64,000 bases of DNA from a virus. The stretch lies in the IMG/VR virus record IMGVR_UViG_3300020037_004335, positions 3,445-67,444 of that record. The stretch is one strand, 5' to 3'. Below, one piece after another: positions 1 through 10,503 of the stretch (positions are counted from its first letter, which is position 1; each line of letters starts with the position of its first letter). The notes beneath the pieces are model-generated. The model saw only the letters and a list, made by a program, of their open reading frames with translations. It was not told where the DNA came from and ran no database searches. The position numbers and the translations under genes are program-made.

Positions 1-498
1 AGCGTATTGAACAGTATGAAGATAATGTTTAAGTTCAATTGAGTCATTTTTTCTTAAAATATCAAAAGTATACCTAACTAAATCAACTTTATCTTTTAAT
101 TTCTCAACTTTACTCTTTCTTTTTAATATTTTAGATTGGTAACTCCACTCATCTGTTTTTTTAATACAGTGTTCTGGTATCGAGTCAACATCTTTTAAAT
201 GATTTTCAAGTTTTCCTAATAATATGTGATATACTACTCCTTTATTAATAATTAGTGAAGTCATTCTTCTATGAGAATGATAACCGATTGCTAATTCATT
301 GTTTTCTTCAAAATCATCTGGTTGTTCTAAAAATCCATTATTTAAATCAACATAAAACATTCTTATGATAAATGGTTCTATTACAAAAGCTAAAGAATGC
401 AATCCTTTACAATGACAATTCATATAACTCTTTGAAGCAATTTGCTCTAAAGTTAAACTGTTTTTAAGTAATTCTTTAATTTGATTTAATTCTAACAT
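1..498 (-). CDS. Partial ORF running off the window start, His/Cys-rich, possibly a cupin-like metal-binding phage protein
   Basis: Manual translation from ATG at 498: MLELNQIKELL...NCHCKGLHSL...GYHSHRR...; open to position 1; missing from the ORF track because there is no stop in the window. Confidence 0.55.
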   Translation of the reverse strand, partial: MLELNQIKELLKNSLTLEQIASKSYMNCHCKGLHSLAFVIEPFIIRMFYVDLNNGFLEQPDDFEENNELAIGYHSHRRMTSLIINKGVVYHILLGKLENHLKDVDSIPEHCIKKTDEWSYQSKILKRKSKVEKLKDKVDLVRYTFDILRKNDSIELKHYLHTVQYA

Positions 499-499
499 T

Positions 500-838
500 T
501 TACTTAACATCCTCACTTATTATTTCTAATGACTCTATTATTTGATTATATTTATTTATTGCTTCTCCTAAAAATCTAAATTCTTTTTCATACACAATCT
601 TATAAATATCTCCAAAATTCTTATAAATAAATACATAAAAGCTAGTATTATTAATAAAATCTGGATTATCTATAAGAGTTATCTCTACGTATCTTCTGAA
701 AAAGCCATCATTATAAATCTTACTTCTTTTAAGTAAAGCTCCAACTGAGTCTTTATTTATGTTTAAGATGTTATCAAACTCTTTGTGACTTTCTTTTTCC
801 ATTTTGTTCTCCTTATAATATTTTAATAATTTAATCAA
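500..838 (-). CDS. Hypothetical protein
   Basis: ORF in a tightly packed leftward operon; no recognisable motif. Confidence 0.5.
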   Translation of the reverse strand: MIKLLKYYKENKMEKESHKEFDNILNINKDSVGALLKRSKIYNDGFFRRYVEITLIDNPDFINNTSFYVFIYKNFGDIYKIVYEKEFRFLGEAINKYNQIIESLEIISEDVK

Positions 839-1472
839 CTACTGCGAACCACTTCATATTACCGTTTTCATCTTTTTCAGATTTAAATAAATCTTCTTTA
901 TTACATTCTTCAAGATAAGTTTTAACTGATTTATAATGTGCTTTAATTCTTTTAAAAGTTAAAGAATCTCTTGAGTGATCGAAAATTTCAGTCGAGTTTT
1001 CAAACCAATTTTCCCACTCTTTTATTGTTTTAGTTTTACAACCAATTCTAATAACATCTGGAAGCTCATAAAAAACATTCCATTTTGAAAAAATTGTAAG
1101 TTCAGCTCCACTCAAATCAGCTCCACTCAAATTAGCTCCACTCAAATCAGCTCCACTCAAATTAACTCCACTCAAATCAGCTCCACTCAAATCAGCTCCA
1201 CTCAAATTAACTCCACTCAAATCAGCTCCACTCAAATCAGCTCCACTCAAATTAGCTCTCCTTAAATTAGCTCCACTCAAATTGACTCTCCTCAAATTAA
1301 CTCCACTCAAATTAGCTCTCCTCAAATCAACTCCATTAAGATTTATTTTAGATTTTATTAAAAACAGAATAAACTCATTATTAGAATTTCCAGTAAATTC
1401 TTTATAATCTATTGAATCAAATAAAACATCTAAGTTATATCTTGATTCAATTTTAAAACTTTCTTTTTGCAT
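831..1472 (-). CDS. Pentapeptide-repeat protein
   Basis: About 16 tandem A(D/N)LSG / VNLRR pentapeptides plus a C-terminal IRIGC...EW domain. Confidence 0.9.
   Translation of the reverse strand: MQKESFKIESRYNLDVLFDSIDYKEFTGNSNNEFILFLIKSKINLNGVDLRRANLSGVNLRRVNLSGANLRRANLSGADLSGADLSGVNLSGADLSGADLSGVNLSGADLSGANLSGADLSGAELTIFSKWNVFYELPDVIRIGCKTKTIKEWENWFENSTEIFDHSRDSLTFKRIKAHYKSVKTYLEECNKEDLFKSEKDENGNMKWFAVVD
1100..1340 (-). repeat. 15-bp coding tandem repeat (agctccactcaaatc variants)
   Basis: Direct inspection; encodes the pentapeptide repeats. Confidence 0.9.
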
Positions 1473-1485
1473 TTTTTTAAATTTT

Positions 1486-1540
1486 TCCTTTATTAAAATT
1501 CTATATAATTAATGTTAGCACTTCTTATAATATAAGTCAA
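1486..1540 (-). promoter_or_regulatory. Sigma70-type early promoter plus conserved leader box
   Basis: Minus strand TTGACT-17-TAACAT followed by ATATAGAATTTTAATAAAGGA. Confidence 0.75.
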
Positions 1541-1545
1541 GATAT

Positions 1546-3084
1546 TTATTCAAAATTAAACATATATTGGATTCCAGAAAAGTTATTACAACTTTTGCCT
1601 TTATCACTATATTTAACATCTCTCGCAATATGAATATAGTAATTATTATCAAAAGGAACTGTTAAATGAATATTTCCAACTAATAGCGAATCTTCTTTAT
1701 AATCTTCTATTATAGTGAATTTATATCCTTTCTTAGAAATACATTTTTTAAGCTTATCACCTTTAAATAATATAACTTCATCATTCTCTCCTAAATCTGG
1801 AACTAACAACTTCAAATCAGTAAATATGTTCTTAAAATACTTAAGTTGAACTATTATTTGATTTAATACTAGATCTTCATTATAAATTATAAAATCATCT
1901 AATCCATATAAAGTCGTTTCAGTCTTAACTTCGTAATGAGTATCAGTTTCTCTATTTAACGTCTCACCTTTCTTAAGTTTCACTACAAGTTTTTTATACT
2001 TTTTAACAAATTGCTTCTCTCTAGTTTCAAAGTCTTCAACTTTTAATGAATTGATGTAATCCTTAACTTCTTGTTTAGTTCCGAATTGCTTAAAATAATC
2101 TATTTCAATTAATATTCTAAGAGTAGTTTTATTTATCTTATGATTTCTACAATAAACTATAAAGCTCTTCAAATCAGTAAACTCTTGATTATTGAGAGTT
2201 GAAGCAATGGTTTTACCAATTCCATGAATAGCGTGTAACGGTAACATAATTGTATTAGAATTAGTAATAGCTTTAGCTTTAGTAAAATTAAAATTAAATA
2301 CTGGTAAAGATACTTTAATATTTAAATTATTACATTCACTGAAGACCGAACTAATTTTATCACTATTTTCAGTATAGTTGTTGATAATTGAAGTCAAATA
2401 GAATAAACTCTTCTTGTCTTCAAAATTAGCCATAAAGAAAGCTGTCTGATAAGTAGAATAACTGTAAAGAACAGCATGAGATAAATTGAATAAATATCCA
2501 GAAACAGATACTAAATATTCCCAAAACTCTTTTAACTGTTCGACTGTATGACTATGTTTCCATTTTTTATAATAAGCTTTCTTAACATCATCTAAATTCT
2601 TATTTTTCTCAAATAATCTTCTAACTGAGTCAGCCTTACCATAACTAATATCTAACAAATCTTTTAAAATATTCATGATTTGTTCTTGATATAAGATCTC
2701 ATAGAAAGTGTTATTACAATGAAGTTTAATGATTCTAGCAAATTCAGTAGATTCGTCAATTACAAGAGGAGTATTTTTACCGATCATTCTATCATAATAT
2801 CTATCTACTGCTCCACTGTGCTGACAAGCTGGACGTATCATAGTAGTAATATCAGATAAACGACTTATAACCATTACTTCATCTCTTTTTTGACTTAAGA
2901 GAGGTCTTATGAATTTTCTTAGATATTGAGCAGATTGAGATGAGTTAGTTTGAAATAGTTGTGAGTTGAACTCGCCAGATGCAAGAAATTGAAGTGTTTT
3001 AGAACACTCATAATCAATATAAACATCTCTTAAGTCAATTAAATTATTATTCTCATCTCTTATATAAACTGAGTTACTTAACAT
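1546..3084 (-). CDS. dnaE: DNA polymerase III alpha (DnaE-type), C-terminal half only (fingers, HhH)
   Basis: Motifs LFQTNS (cf. VFQLES), IRPA, YEILYQEQIM, ADSVRR, YLFNLSHAVLYS (cf. YGFNKSHAAAY), LHAIHGIG; no PHP domain, no PDIDxD and no KxDxLGL. Confidence 0.85.
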   Translation of the reverse strand: MLSNSVYIRDENNNLIDLRDVYIDYECSKTLQFLASGEFNSQLFQTNSSQSAQYLRKFIRPLLSQKRDEVMVISRLSDITTMIRPACQHSGAVDRYYDRMIGKNTPLVIDESTEFARIIKLHCNNTFYEILYQEQIMNILKDLLDISYGKADSVRRLFEKNKNLDDVKKAYYKKWKHSHTVEQLKEFWEYLVSVSGYLFNLSHAVLYSYSTYQTAFFMANFEDKKSLFYLTSIINNYTENSDKISSVFSECNNLNIKVSLPVFNFNFTKAKAITNSNTIMLPLHAIHGIGKTIASTLNNQEFTDLKSFIVYCRNHKINKTTLRILIEIDYFKQFGTKQEVKDYINSLKVEDFETREKQFVKKYKKLVVKLKKGETLNRETDTHYEVKTETTLYGLDDFIIYNEDLVLNQIIVQLKYFKNIFTDLKLLVPDLGENDEVILFKGDKLKKCISKKGYKFTIIEDYKEDSLLVGNIHLTVPFDNNYYIHIARDVKYSDKGKSCNNFSGIQYMFNFE

Positions 3085-3332
3085 TATCTTAATTCTCCAA
3101 TATCAATATCTTTAATAAATTCAACTCTAATATTTAATTCATTACCTTCTATAATAGGATGATCGTAGTTTTTAACTTCGTTATCTGATTGTTTGATTAT
3201 TCTTATGATTCGCTCCATCTCACTTAATAAAGCTTCTTTAAAAGTATTTTGCATTTTATTATTCCTTCCTTTAATAATCTGATTAGCATTTTTAACAGTT
3301 TGAGAATTTAAACATCTTTGATAAAATCTCAT
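3084..3332 (-). CDS. Small hypothetical protein, translationally coupled (TAATG) to the dnaE fragment
   Basis: Own promoter TTGACT-17-TACTAT at about 3368-3396 and an AAGGAG RBS. Confidence 0.5.
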   Translation of the reverse strand: MRFYQRCLNSQTVKNANQIIKGRNNKMQNTFKEALLSEMERIIRIIKQSDNEVKNYDHPIIEGNELNIRVEFIKDIDIGELR

Positions 3333-3401
3333 GCTAATAAAACTCCTTATAATATTTATATAAGATCAATAGTAAATCTTATTTCAATATAAGTCAAGCA
3401 G

Positions 3402-4409
3402 TTATTTTAAATATTTATTTTTATTCTTTGAGATTTCTTTTTGAAAGTTTCTTAAGTTAAATGACTTTTTAAGATTTAATAAGCGTTCTATAGCATCGTT
3501 ATAGTTAAGAGATTTTTCGATTGACTTGTGTTTATAGTTAAACTCCATTGAAGTCTTAATTATGGGTTTGCTATAAGTGTTTAAAGTAGTTAAATCAATA
3601 TCAAACAATTCATCTTCTGAGATTGAGTAATAAGAACTAATAATATAATTTTTTGATTCTTGTTCTTCAAAGATTTTAAAAAGATAATAACTAAACTGTT
3701 CAGAAAAGAGAAATGGTCTTGAGATTGAATCTATATCAAATTTAGTTTTAGCTTTCTCTAGCTTGTCTTGAATAAAGTATCTTAAATTTGTATCGTTCCA
3801 AACATTCGGAATAACAACTCGATAGATTGGAAGCTTTTTAACAAATCTGAGATATTGTAAGAATTGATCAATGAATCTCAAGCGACTCATATAAGCATAA
3901 TCTGATTCTGTATTAGTTGGACTATTTTCATTATAAGTTATATCAGATGGTTGAAAGATTAAATCTGGAATCATGTAATAAATCTTGTGATTGTTCGAGA
4001 TAAGATATTGTATGATTTGTTCTAAATATTTGAGATCATCAAAAGAGCTGACATCTTGTTTATAAAAGAAAGTTCCAATAAAAACACTCTGATAGCCAAT
4101 AATTGAGTTAAGAGTGCTTAAATCGGATTGTTCGTAGTAATTTGTGTAAAAGTTATTATCATTTAAATAATTCAGAAAACCATTCTGATTATTCTTTATG
4201 ATTTCAACTTTATCAAATATAAAAGAGAGATCTTTATAATGAGATCCATTCAAAGACCAACTCTTATTATATTTGAAATATTCTATTATTAAATGATATA
4301 TGATATGGTGAGGGAAGTCTAAAAAACAAGCTTTATTATAAGAACTATCTGAAATAAGTTCTTGAGTCTGAAGTTTACCTTTATATTCGTACTCACCATC
4401 ATATATCAT
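3402..4409 (-). CDS. Degenerate extended-SDR / RmlD-like (NAD-dependent epimerase fold) protein
   Basis: YYMIPDLIF..TYNENSPTNTESDYAYMSR..LPIYRVVIPNVW resembles RmlD ISTDYVF..YxEDDxPxPxSxYGxSK..RxxNVYG; catalytic Lys and Gly-rich NAD loop not evident. Confidence 0.45.
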   Translation of the reverse strand: MIYDGEYEYKGKLQTQELISDSSYNKACFLDFPHHIIYHLIIEYFKYNKSWSLNGSHYKDLSFIFDKVEIIKNNQNGFLNYLNDNNFYTNYYEQSDLSTLNSIIGYQSVFIGTFFYKQDVSSFDDLKYLEQIIQYLISNNHKIYYMIPDLIFQPSDITYNENSPTNTESDYAYMSRLRFIDQFLQYLRFVKKLPIYRVVIPNVWNDTNLRYFIQDKLEKAKTKFDIDSISRPFLFSEQFSYYLFKIFEEQESKNYIISSYYSISEDELFDIDLTTLNTYSKPIIKTSMEFNYKHKSIEKSLNYNDAIERLLNLKKSFNLRNFQKEISKNKNKYLK

Positions 4410-4414
4410 TTAAT

Positions 4415-4945
4415 TTACTTACCAGTGCTTCCAAATCCACTTCTAGAGCCTTCTTGAAGTTCTTCGAGTGATTTTACTATAGTTGCTTCAGATTCAGTAA
4501 ATGGAATGAAATCTATTCTCAATTGACCAATTTTTTGACCTCTTGTAATTGTTACTGGATGAGCAGATTCATTAGTTAATTTAACTAAGATTTCTTTATT
4601 ATAACTATTGTCAATCTGTCCATTGAATACAGTTACAGAATGTTTAAATCCTAAACCACTTCTTGATTTAATCTGTGAGCATGGAATAAATTTAACTGGC
4701 TCTACTTCATCTGATTTAGATTTAGTTGGAATCGGAATTTCTACCATTTCTGGAAGTGTTACATTAAATCCAGTTCCGAATATTTTAGAAGTATTTGGAT
4801 TAATTCTTACTTCTTCCCATTCTAATAAATCTATCTTAAGATTTGAACCATACACAGAATGAGCTTTGAAATCATAACCAGTATCATTAGCGTTAGCTTT
4901 GATTGGAATAAACTCTTCTGATATTGCTTTAAATTGTACTTTCAT
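4415..4945 (-). CDS. dut: Trimeric dUTPase
   Basis: GYDF, KSRSGLG, GQIDNSY, GQKIGQL and RSGFGSTG motifs. Confidence 0.95.
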   Translation of the reverse strand: MKVQFKAISEEFIPIKANANDTGYDFKAHSVYGSNLKIDLLEWEEVRINPNTSKIFGTGFNVTLPEMVEIPIPTKSKSDEVEPVKFIPCSQIKSRSGLGFKHSVTVFNGQIDNSYNKEILVKLTNESAHPVTITRGQKIGQLRIDFIPFTESEATIVKSLEELQEGSRSGFGSTGK

Positions 4946-4946
4946 T

Positions 4947-5855
4947 TTAATTTTCTCCTTTTTTAAATATTTGTTCTAATTCTTTTTCATCTTCAACTTT
5001 TATAAGATCTACTCTCATAAAATCTCTTATATCTAAATCTGGCTCTTTATTGATATGATCTTTAAAACCAATCTGATTTAAGGTTGCATTAACTGTGAAC
5101 TCATCATAATCATAACATTTAAGTCTGCTAACTGCAAAATAGTAATTCTTACCATTTAACTCAATCTTAAACTTATCATTGTTTGTTATTTTATCATGAG
5201 ATTCTATTTCTATACTTGCTCCATAAGTACAAATATCAACTTCTTTTATGATAATCACTATATCTCCTTTAATAAACACAATAATCAAATATATCATATA
5301 TTCTAACTAAATACAAGTTGACTGTCTTATCTTTTTCAACTGATTTAATTAAAACATGAAATTCACTAACATTCAATATCTCTCCAGTGAAGTTACTTTT
5401 TTTGTAAATGTCTGTAGTGTCGTTCCTATAAACACAATTACAAGAGAAATTCAATCCAATACTTTCACTTAATAAGATTCTTAAATTTAAGTTATTCTTG
5501 TTCTTTTCATATATCACTGATTTAGTCCGATCATAAAAAGAATGATTCCAATCTGTATTATTCCTATTCCTTTTATAACATTCAACCCTCTAAACAAGAA
5601 TGAATAAAATATAGTAATCGTTTCTATTGAGAAGAGAAGTAAATATAAACTATCAAATTTAAACACAATTCCTATAAAATAATAGAACAATGTATATAAA
5701 TAGAAGTTTCTAAATATTAAAGCATGATCGTTATAAGATTGAGAGTTTGAAATAATTGTAAATAAGTATCCTAAAATTGAAATAAAAGAAAAAGCAAAAA
5801 ATATCTTTGTTATCATAGTACAACTCCTTAAAATAAGAGATGTGATAAATATCAC
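4947..5855 (-). CDS. Three small hypothetical ORFs (4947-5297, 5269-5517, and 5514-5855, a multi-TM membrane protein)
   Basis: Overlapping start/stop packing; 5514-5855 has 3-4 hydrophobic segments. Confidence 0.5.
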
Positions 5856-5879
5856 ATCTCAATATATTACAATAACTAT

Positions 5880-6860
5880 TTAGAACGGTGGCAAGTCATC
5901 ATCATCAACTGTTACTTCTGAATGATTTGAAGCAAGATTAGATTTCATTAAATTAGCAACTTTATCAGATGGCATTATTTGAGGATTACCAGAATCAGGT
6001 AACTCTAACTTAGTTTCACCATTTTCATAAGCATCTAACCATTCTTGATAAGTTAAAGGATAAAGAGCTTTGAAATGATCTTTCCAATATTCAAGAGTTT
6101 TATTACGACTATCTTGAATCTTAGATAATTCCGCTGGAGATAATTCTTTTATAGCAGTTAAGTCATCTGGTTTATATTCAAACTTCTTACCGTTTAAGAA
6201 GCTTATCCCAGTATCTTCATCTTCCATATTATAGAGATCAATTATTTTTTTACCAAAACCTTTTTGATTTGGAAAAGCTAAATCAGTAACGCTAAAACCA
6301 ACTAAACACTCTTGACCAACTTGAGTTATTTCATATTTATTAGTTTCTGGATTAAGAGATCTGTAAGAAAATACATAAGCTGGAATATATATTTCGATAG
6401 ACTTTCTATATAACTTTTTACCAGAAGGATCATCTTTCCATTGTTTCATAGCAGTAGTAAGCATACAGTCTGATTTTTTGTCATAATAACCAGCTTGTTG
6501 TCCTTTGTATGTATGAATCTTGCCATCTGCTCCTTTCATGTCTTCTTTTGCTATAAAGCTGATTGGTTGGCAATTACTTAAAGCTTTGAACTTGTTTCTA
6601 ACTGGTTTAGGTAAGTTGTGAGTTATCAAAACATCTGATTGACTTCCTTCTGGCATTTCTCCATTTTTCACATATTTATCGATTTGAGTTTGTATTGTTA
6701 ATTCGAGATCAGTGTTAAGAAATGCTATCATTAAACTTTTAGTCTTTGATGGATAAATAACCTTATCAGTCCATGAGAACACTGGCTTACCATTCTCATC
6801 AACTTTTTGTTCTTTTTTAGAAGTATTGTCTTCAGTGTTAATTATTTGTCTTTGTTTCAT
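5880..6860 (-). CDS. Single-stranded DNA-binding protein
   Basis: Acidic C-terminal tail DDDDLPPF; replication cluster context. Confidence 0.75.
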   Translation of the reverse strand: MKQRQIINTEDNTSKKEQKVDENGKPVFSWTDKVIYPSKTKSLMIAFLNTDLELTIQTQIDKYVKNGEMPEGSQSDVLITHNLPKPVRNKFKALSNCQPISFIAKEDMKGADGKIHTYKGQQAGYYDKKSDCMLTTAMKQWKDDPSGKKLYRKSIEIYIPAYVFSYRSLNPETNKYEITQVGQECLVGFSVTDLAFPNQKGFGKKIIDLYNMEDEDTGISFLNGKKFEYKPDDLTAIKELSPAELSKIQDSRNKTLEYWKDHFKALYPLTYQEWLDAYENGETKLELPDSGNPQIMPSDKVANLMKSNLASNHSEVTVDDDDLPPF

Positions 6861-6899
6861 TTTAAATCTCCTTGATTTAATATCTTATATAATTTTACT

Positions 6900-7400
6900 C
6901 TATTTTGTTCTTGAAGTCAAGCTAGAATTTAATATCTCTCTTGCTTTATAGAACGATGTTCCAACTTGTTTAGCAATCTTAGTTAAATTGCTTGAAGTAT
7001 TAAAAGCTTCAATAATTTCTTTTTTTAATTGATCTTCTGTTTTGAAAATTCTCCTAACTTCTCTCTTAAAATGTCTATTCTCTTTACTTACTTCAGATTT
7101 ATGTGATTTAAGTAAATTACAAATAGAAGCTTTAGATAAGCCAGAATTGTCTACAATATCTACTATTTTCATATTGCTGTTGTATGCTTTGAGAATATTA
7201 GACTTGTCAATTATTGTAATGTTCAACGAGTTCATACCAACACAAATATTGATTGGTTTAGATAACTGTTCAAATGATTTATTGAACTCATCTACAGTTT
7301 CTATATTGAATGAATACTTCTCTTGAATATAAGTCTTGAATGATTCAAGATTCCTAAATATTTTCTCATCCGATCCTACTTTCAATTTATAAATTTTCAT
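6900..7400 (-). CDS. Helix-turn-helix DNA-binding protein (two HTH motifs)
   Basis: IVDIVDNSGLSKASICNLL and LTKIAKQVGTSFYKAREIL. Confidence 0.6.
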   Translation of the reverse strand: MKIYKLKVGSDEKIFRNLESFKTYIQEKYSFNIETVDEFNKSFEQLSKPINICVGMNSLNITIIDKSNILKAYNSNMKIVDIVDNSGLSKASICNLLKSHKSEVSKENRHFKREVRRIFKTEDQLKKEIIEAFNTSSNLTKIAKQVGTSFYKAREILNSSLTSRTK

Positions 7401-7412
7401 TTTATCTTGCTC

Positions 7413-7468
7413 TCCTTTATTAAAATTCTATATATGATAATCTTACCACTTCTTAAAATATAAGTCAA
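7413..7468 (-). promoter_or_regulatory. Sigma70-type early promoter plus conserved leader box
   Basis: TTGACT-17-TAAGAT then ATATAGAATTTTAATAAAGGA; near-copy of the 1486-1540 module. Confidence 0.75.
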
Positions 7469-7504
7469 GTAATTTATGACTTATATTCTGTAAACTTATG
7501 TTAA

Positions 7505-8788
7505 TTAGTGATCTTTTAAGAATTTAGTTAAATCAGAAGGGCAAGTCCAACTATTATCATTGAAATCAACTTCATAATTGAAAGCCAAATGTTTACCATT
7601 TCTGTGCTTTTTAGTTTTAGAAAGTATTATCATTTTTTCTGGAGATCCTTCAATTTCAATTCCTTTAAAAGATTGAATAATATCACAATCGTTTTTTAAA
7701 CTTTTAACAAATCCCATCATACTTAGTTCGGGAGGATAATCATATTTACTAGCATCATCATTACATTGAATTGTTTCAACTATACAACAATTATACTTAA
7801 CAGCAATTGAATGTAAATCTCTATTAACTCTACAAGATTGTGGATCGAAGTTCTCATCTAATAGTTGAACGTAATCCAACATTACAATAATCGGCTTTGA
7901 ATCTCCATATTTGTTTCTATAGTATTTAATTAAAGACTCAATCTTATGAACATTGAAAGCACTGCTCTTATCAGTATCTAAACAAGTATAATACCAATGT
8001 GGATACTCTCTTGAAAGTTTTCTTGAAAGTTCATTGATTTGAAAGTCATTTAATTTATCAAACTGAGAGAAGCTAACCCAACCTAACAAACTTACAATTC
8101 TTTTAAAGTAAAGCTTTTGAGGAAACTCTAAAGAGAAGTGTAAAACAACGTAATCGTCTGGATCTAAATCAGTCTGAAGTTTCTCAAGAACTAAACTCTT
8201 ACCAGAACCAGAACCAGCCATTAAACCTTCTAACTCTTGAAGTCTAAACTCAAGATAATTAAACGGTTTCATTGTTCTAAATTTGATTAAACCTAAATTA
8301 GATTTAATATCGTTGAATAGCTGTTTGTTCTTATCAGAATCTTCAAATGAAGCCATTCTAACATCTTGAACTTCAACTAATACATCTCTCAACTCATCTA
8401 TAAGTTGAGTTAGTTCTTTTATATCAGCTTTACTTGATTTAAGTGATTTGATTTTATTAAAGAGAATCTTGTTGAAATTGTTTTTAATATAATCATCTTT
8501 TAATAAATCAGCTAAGTCAAATTGATTCATGGTAGTATCGGATGGTTGAAATAACCACTTTTCATTCAAATATTCTATTGTTGGAGGAGAGTTATCTTTA
8601 AATCTTCTTACAACATCTTCAGCCATTGAAGCATTGTCGCCCATAAATTGAGATTTGAGTAAAAATGAAGTGATTGTTGGGTTTAAATCTTTCTCTTGAA
8701 TAGCTTTAGTAATAGCTTGAGAGATTAACTTATTTTTTTTAAACTTTTGTGCTTGATCTATGTCAGCGATTAATAGTTCTGTATCCAT
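7505..8788 (-). CDS. DnaB-like (SF4) replicative helicase
   Basis: Walker A AGSGSGKS, HFSLE, Walker B LDYVQL, TIQ, KHRNG arginine finger. Confidence 0.9.
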   Translation of the reverse strand: MDTELLIADIDQAQKFKKNKLISQAITKAIQEKDLNPTITSFLLKSQFMGDNASMAEDVVRRFKDNSPPTIEYLNEKWLFQPSDTTMNQFDLADLLKDDYIKNNFNKILFNKIKSLKSSKADIKELTQLIDELRDVLVEVQDVRMASFEDSDKNKQLFNDIKSNLGLIKFRTMKPFNYLEFRLQELEGLMAGSGSGKSLVLEKLQTDLDPDDYVVLHFSLEFPQKLYFKRIVSLLGWVSFSQFDKLNDFQINELSRKLSREYPHWYYTCLDTDKSSAFNVHKIESLIKYYRNKYGDSKPIIVMLDYVQLLDENFDPQSCRVNRDLHSIAVKYNCCIVETIQCNDDASKYDYPPELSMMGFVKSLKNDCDIIQSFKGIEIEGSPEKMIILSKTKKHRNGKHLAFNYEVDFNDNSWTCPSDLTKFLKDH

Positions 8789-8789
8789 T

Positions 8790-9726
8790 TTATTTAATTT
8801 CCTTATTAATTTCTAATAATATGTTATCATATTGAGCTTCTGTTAATTTATCTTGAAACTCAAGAACTTTATGAGATATTCTAGTTACTTTATCTTCTAG
8901 CATCTCATTTTGTTTAATTAATCTTTTTATAGTGCTTTCGCAACCGAATAATTTATCAAGAAGAGATCTATTAGTGTTTTGCAAATTTCCAATATTCTTT
9001 TCTAAATCATAAACCATGTTTGAACAAGATTGTTAAATAACTCAATTTGCTCTCTAGCTTCTTTTAATTCTTTTTCACGATACTCTAAGTTGGATAATTG
9101 ATTTTTAAGTTCTTGATTTTTTTCTATTAAAATATGTTTATCTAATGTAAGATTTTTTACAGTTTTATCATATTCTTCAAGAGCTTTCTCGCTCATTTTA
9201 TTTATATCGTCTTGAACAATACGATTATACCCTACTATTTCATCTCTTAAACCATTTATCAATTTAATTATTTCATCTACTTCTATTATCATTATTTACC
9301 TTCTTTATTTAACTCTAATAATTTCTTATTTAATTCGATATTTTTGATTTTCAACTCTAAAGCTTTATTATTTGACTCGAATGAATTTATATTGCTTTTA
9401 AAATCATTATCATGTGAATTAGTTACAATCATTACAACTAATACGATTATAATAACAAAAGAGAAAACCACTTGTAAAATATGAAATACTTCAATATTCT
9501 CTAATCTTGCTTTAATTTGATTCATTTATTTAACCTCTTTTAACTTTAATATTTTCTTATTTAATTCAATTATTTCTATTTTTTGTTTTAATTCTTTTAT
9601 TTGATTTTCTTGACTTGATTGATTTGGTTTATGAATATCAACAACTAAGAATAAAGTAAGAATTGTTAAAAATACTCCAATAACAATACCAATAATAACA
9701 CTAATAATAAAATCTTCGTCTTCCAT
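8790..9726 (-). CDS. Four small ORFs: two coiled-coil proteins (8790-9017, 9002-9292) and two paralogous single-TM coiled-coil proteins (9292-9525, 9526-9726)
   Basis: Shared ELKxKIxxIELNKKxLxL C-terminus after a TM helix in the last two. Confidence 0.55.
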
Positions 9727-9839
9727 TTCTTAAACTCCTCTTAATAAATAAACAATTGTAATCATTGCTAAAACAGCAATACAAATTTCTAAAAATACTT
9801 CTACATTAACTTGCTTTAATAATTTAAACTTCATCTTCT

Positions 9840-10448
9840 CTAAGCTTCCTTAATATTGAAAGGAATTATATCTGATTGAAGAACTGAAAAGAAAGTATTA
9901 GCATGAGCAATGAAATCTTCTCTTGTTTTAAAATAAGCACACTCTACTTCCATTTTGAATATCTTAACCCATTCATCATAAGAATGTTTTAAGTGATCTA
10001 CTTGCAGATGATTTCTAAAAAACATCATATTAGCTAATCCACTTTTGTTGACTTCCATTACTTCTAAACCAATTACTCTGTAACGATTAGTAAACTTGAA
10101 ATCAGTTTTATAAATAACAGCTTTAGTTAAGTCTGCTTGATGGATATTAGCTCTATACAAGTTAGCTCTTGTTAAGTTAGAACCTCTTAAAGAAGTTCTC
10201 TCAAGATTTGTCTTATAAAGATGAGAGTTACTTAAATCTACTCCATCTAAATTTAAATCACTTAAATCAACTTTCTCTAAATTGACTTGAGATAAACTAT
10301 ATCCTAAATCATATAAGAATTGTACGAATTGTTTAATTGAACTTCCTTCAAATTCTGGAAAATCTTTTGATTGAAATAAGATAACTGACTCATTTGGTTT
10401 ACAATGAAACGGATTTTTATTAATTACTAAATTCATTTGTCTGAACAT
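9840..10448 (-). CDS. Second pentapeptide-repeat protein
   Basis: VNLEK VDLSD LNLDG VDLSN ... ANLYR ANIHQ ADLTK repeats; own promoter TTGACA-17-TAATAT at about 10475-10503. Confidence 0.85.
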   Translation of the reverse strand: MFRQMNLVINKNPFHCKPNESVILFQSKDFPEFEGSSIKQFVQFLYDLGYSLSQVNLEKVDLSDLNLDGVDLSNSHLYKTNLERTSLRGSNLTRANLYRANIHQADLTKAVIYKTDFKFTNRYRVIGLEVMEVNKSGLANMMFFRNHLQVDHLKHSYDEWVKIFKMEVECAYFKTREDFIAHANTFFSVLQSDIIPFNIKEA

Positions 10449-10503
10449 CTCCTTTAAAAATATTGTATTTTATAATATTAGCACTTGTTTATTTAAATGT
10501 CAA

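Noticed and set aside
3402-4409. N-terminal PHP/palm half of DnaE
   Set aside because: No HxHT/S, TDH, RGS or PDIDxD motifs
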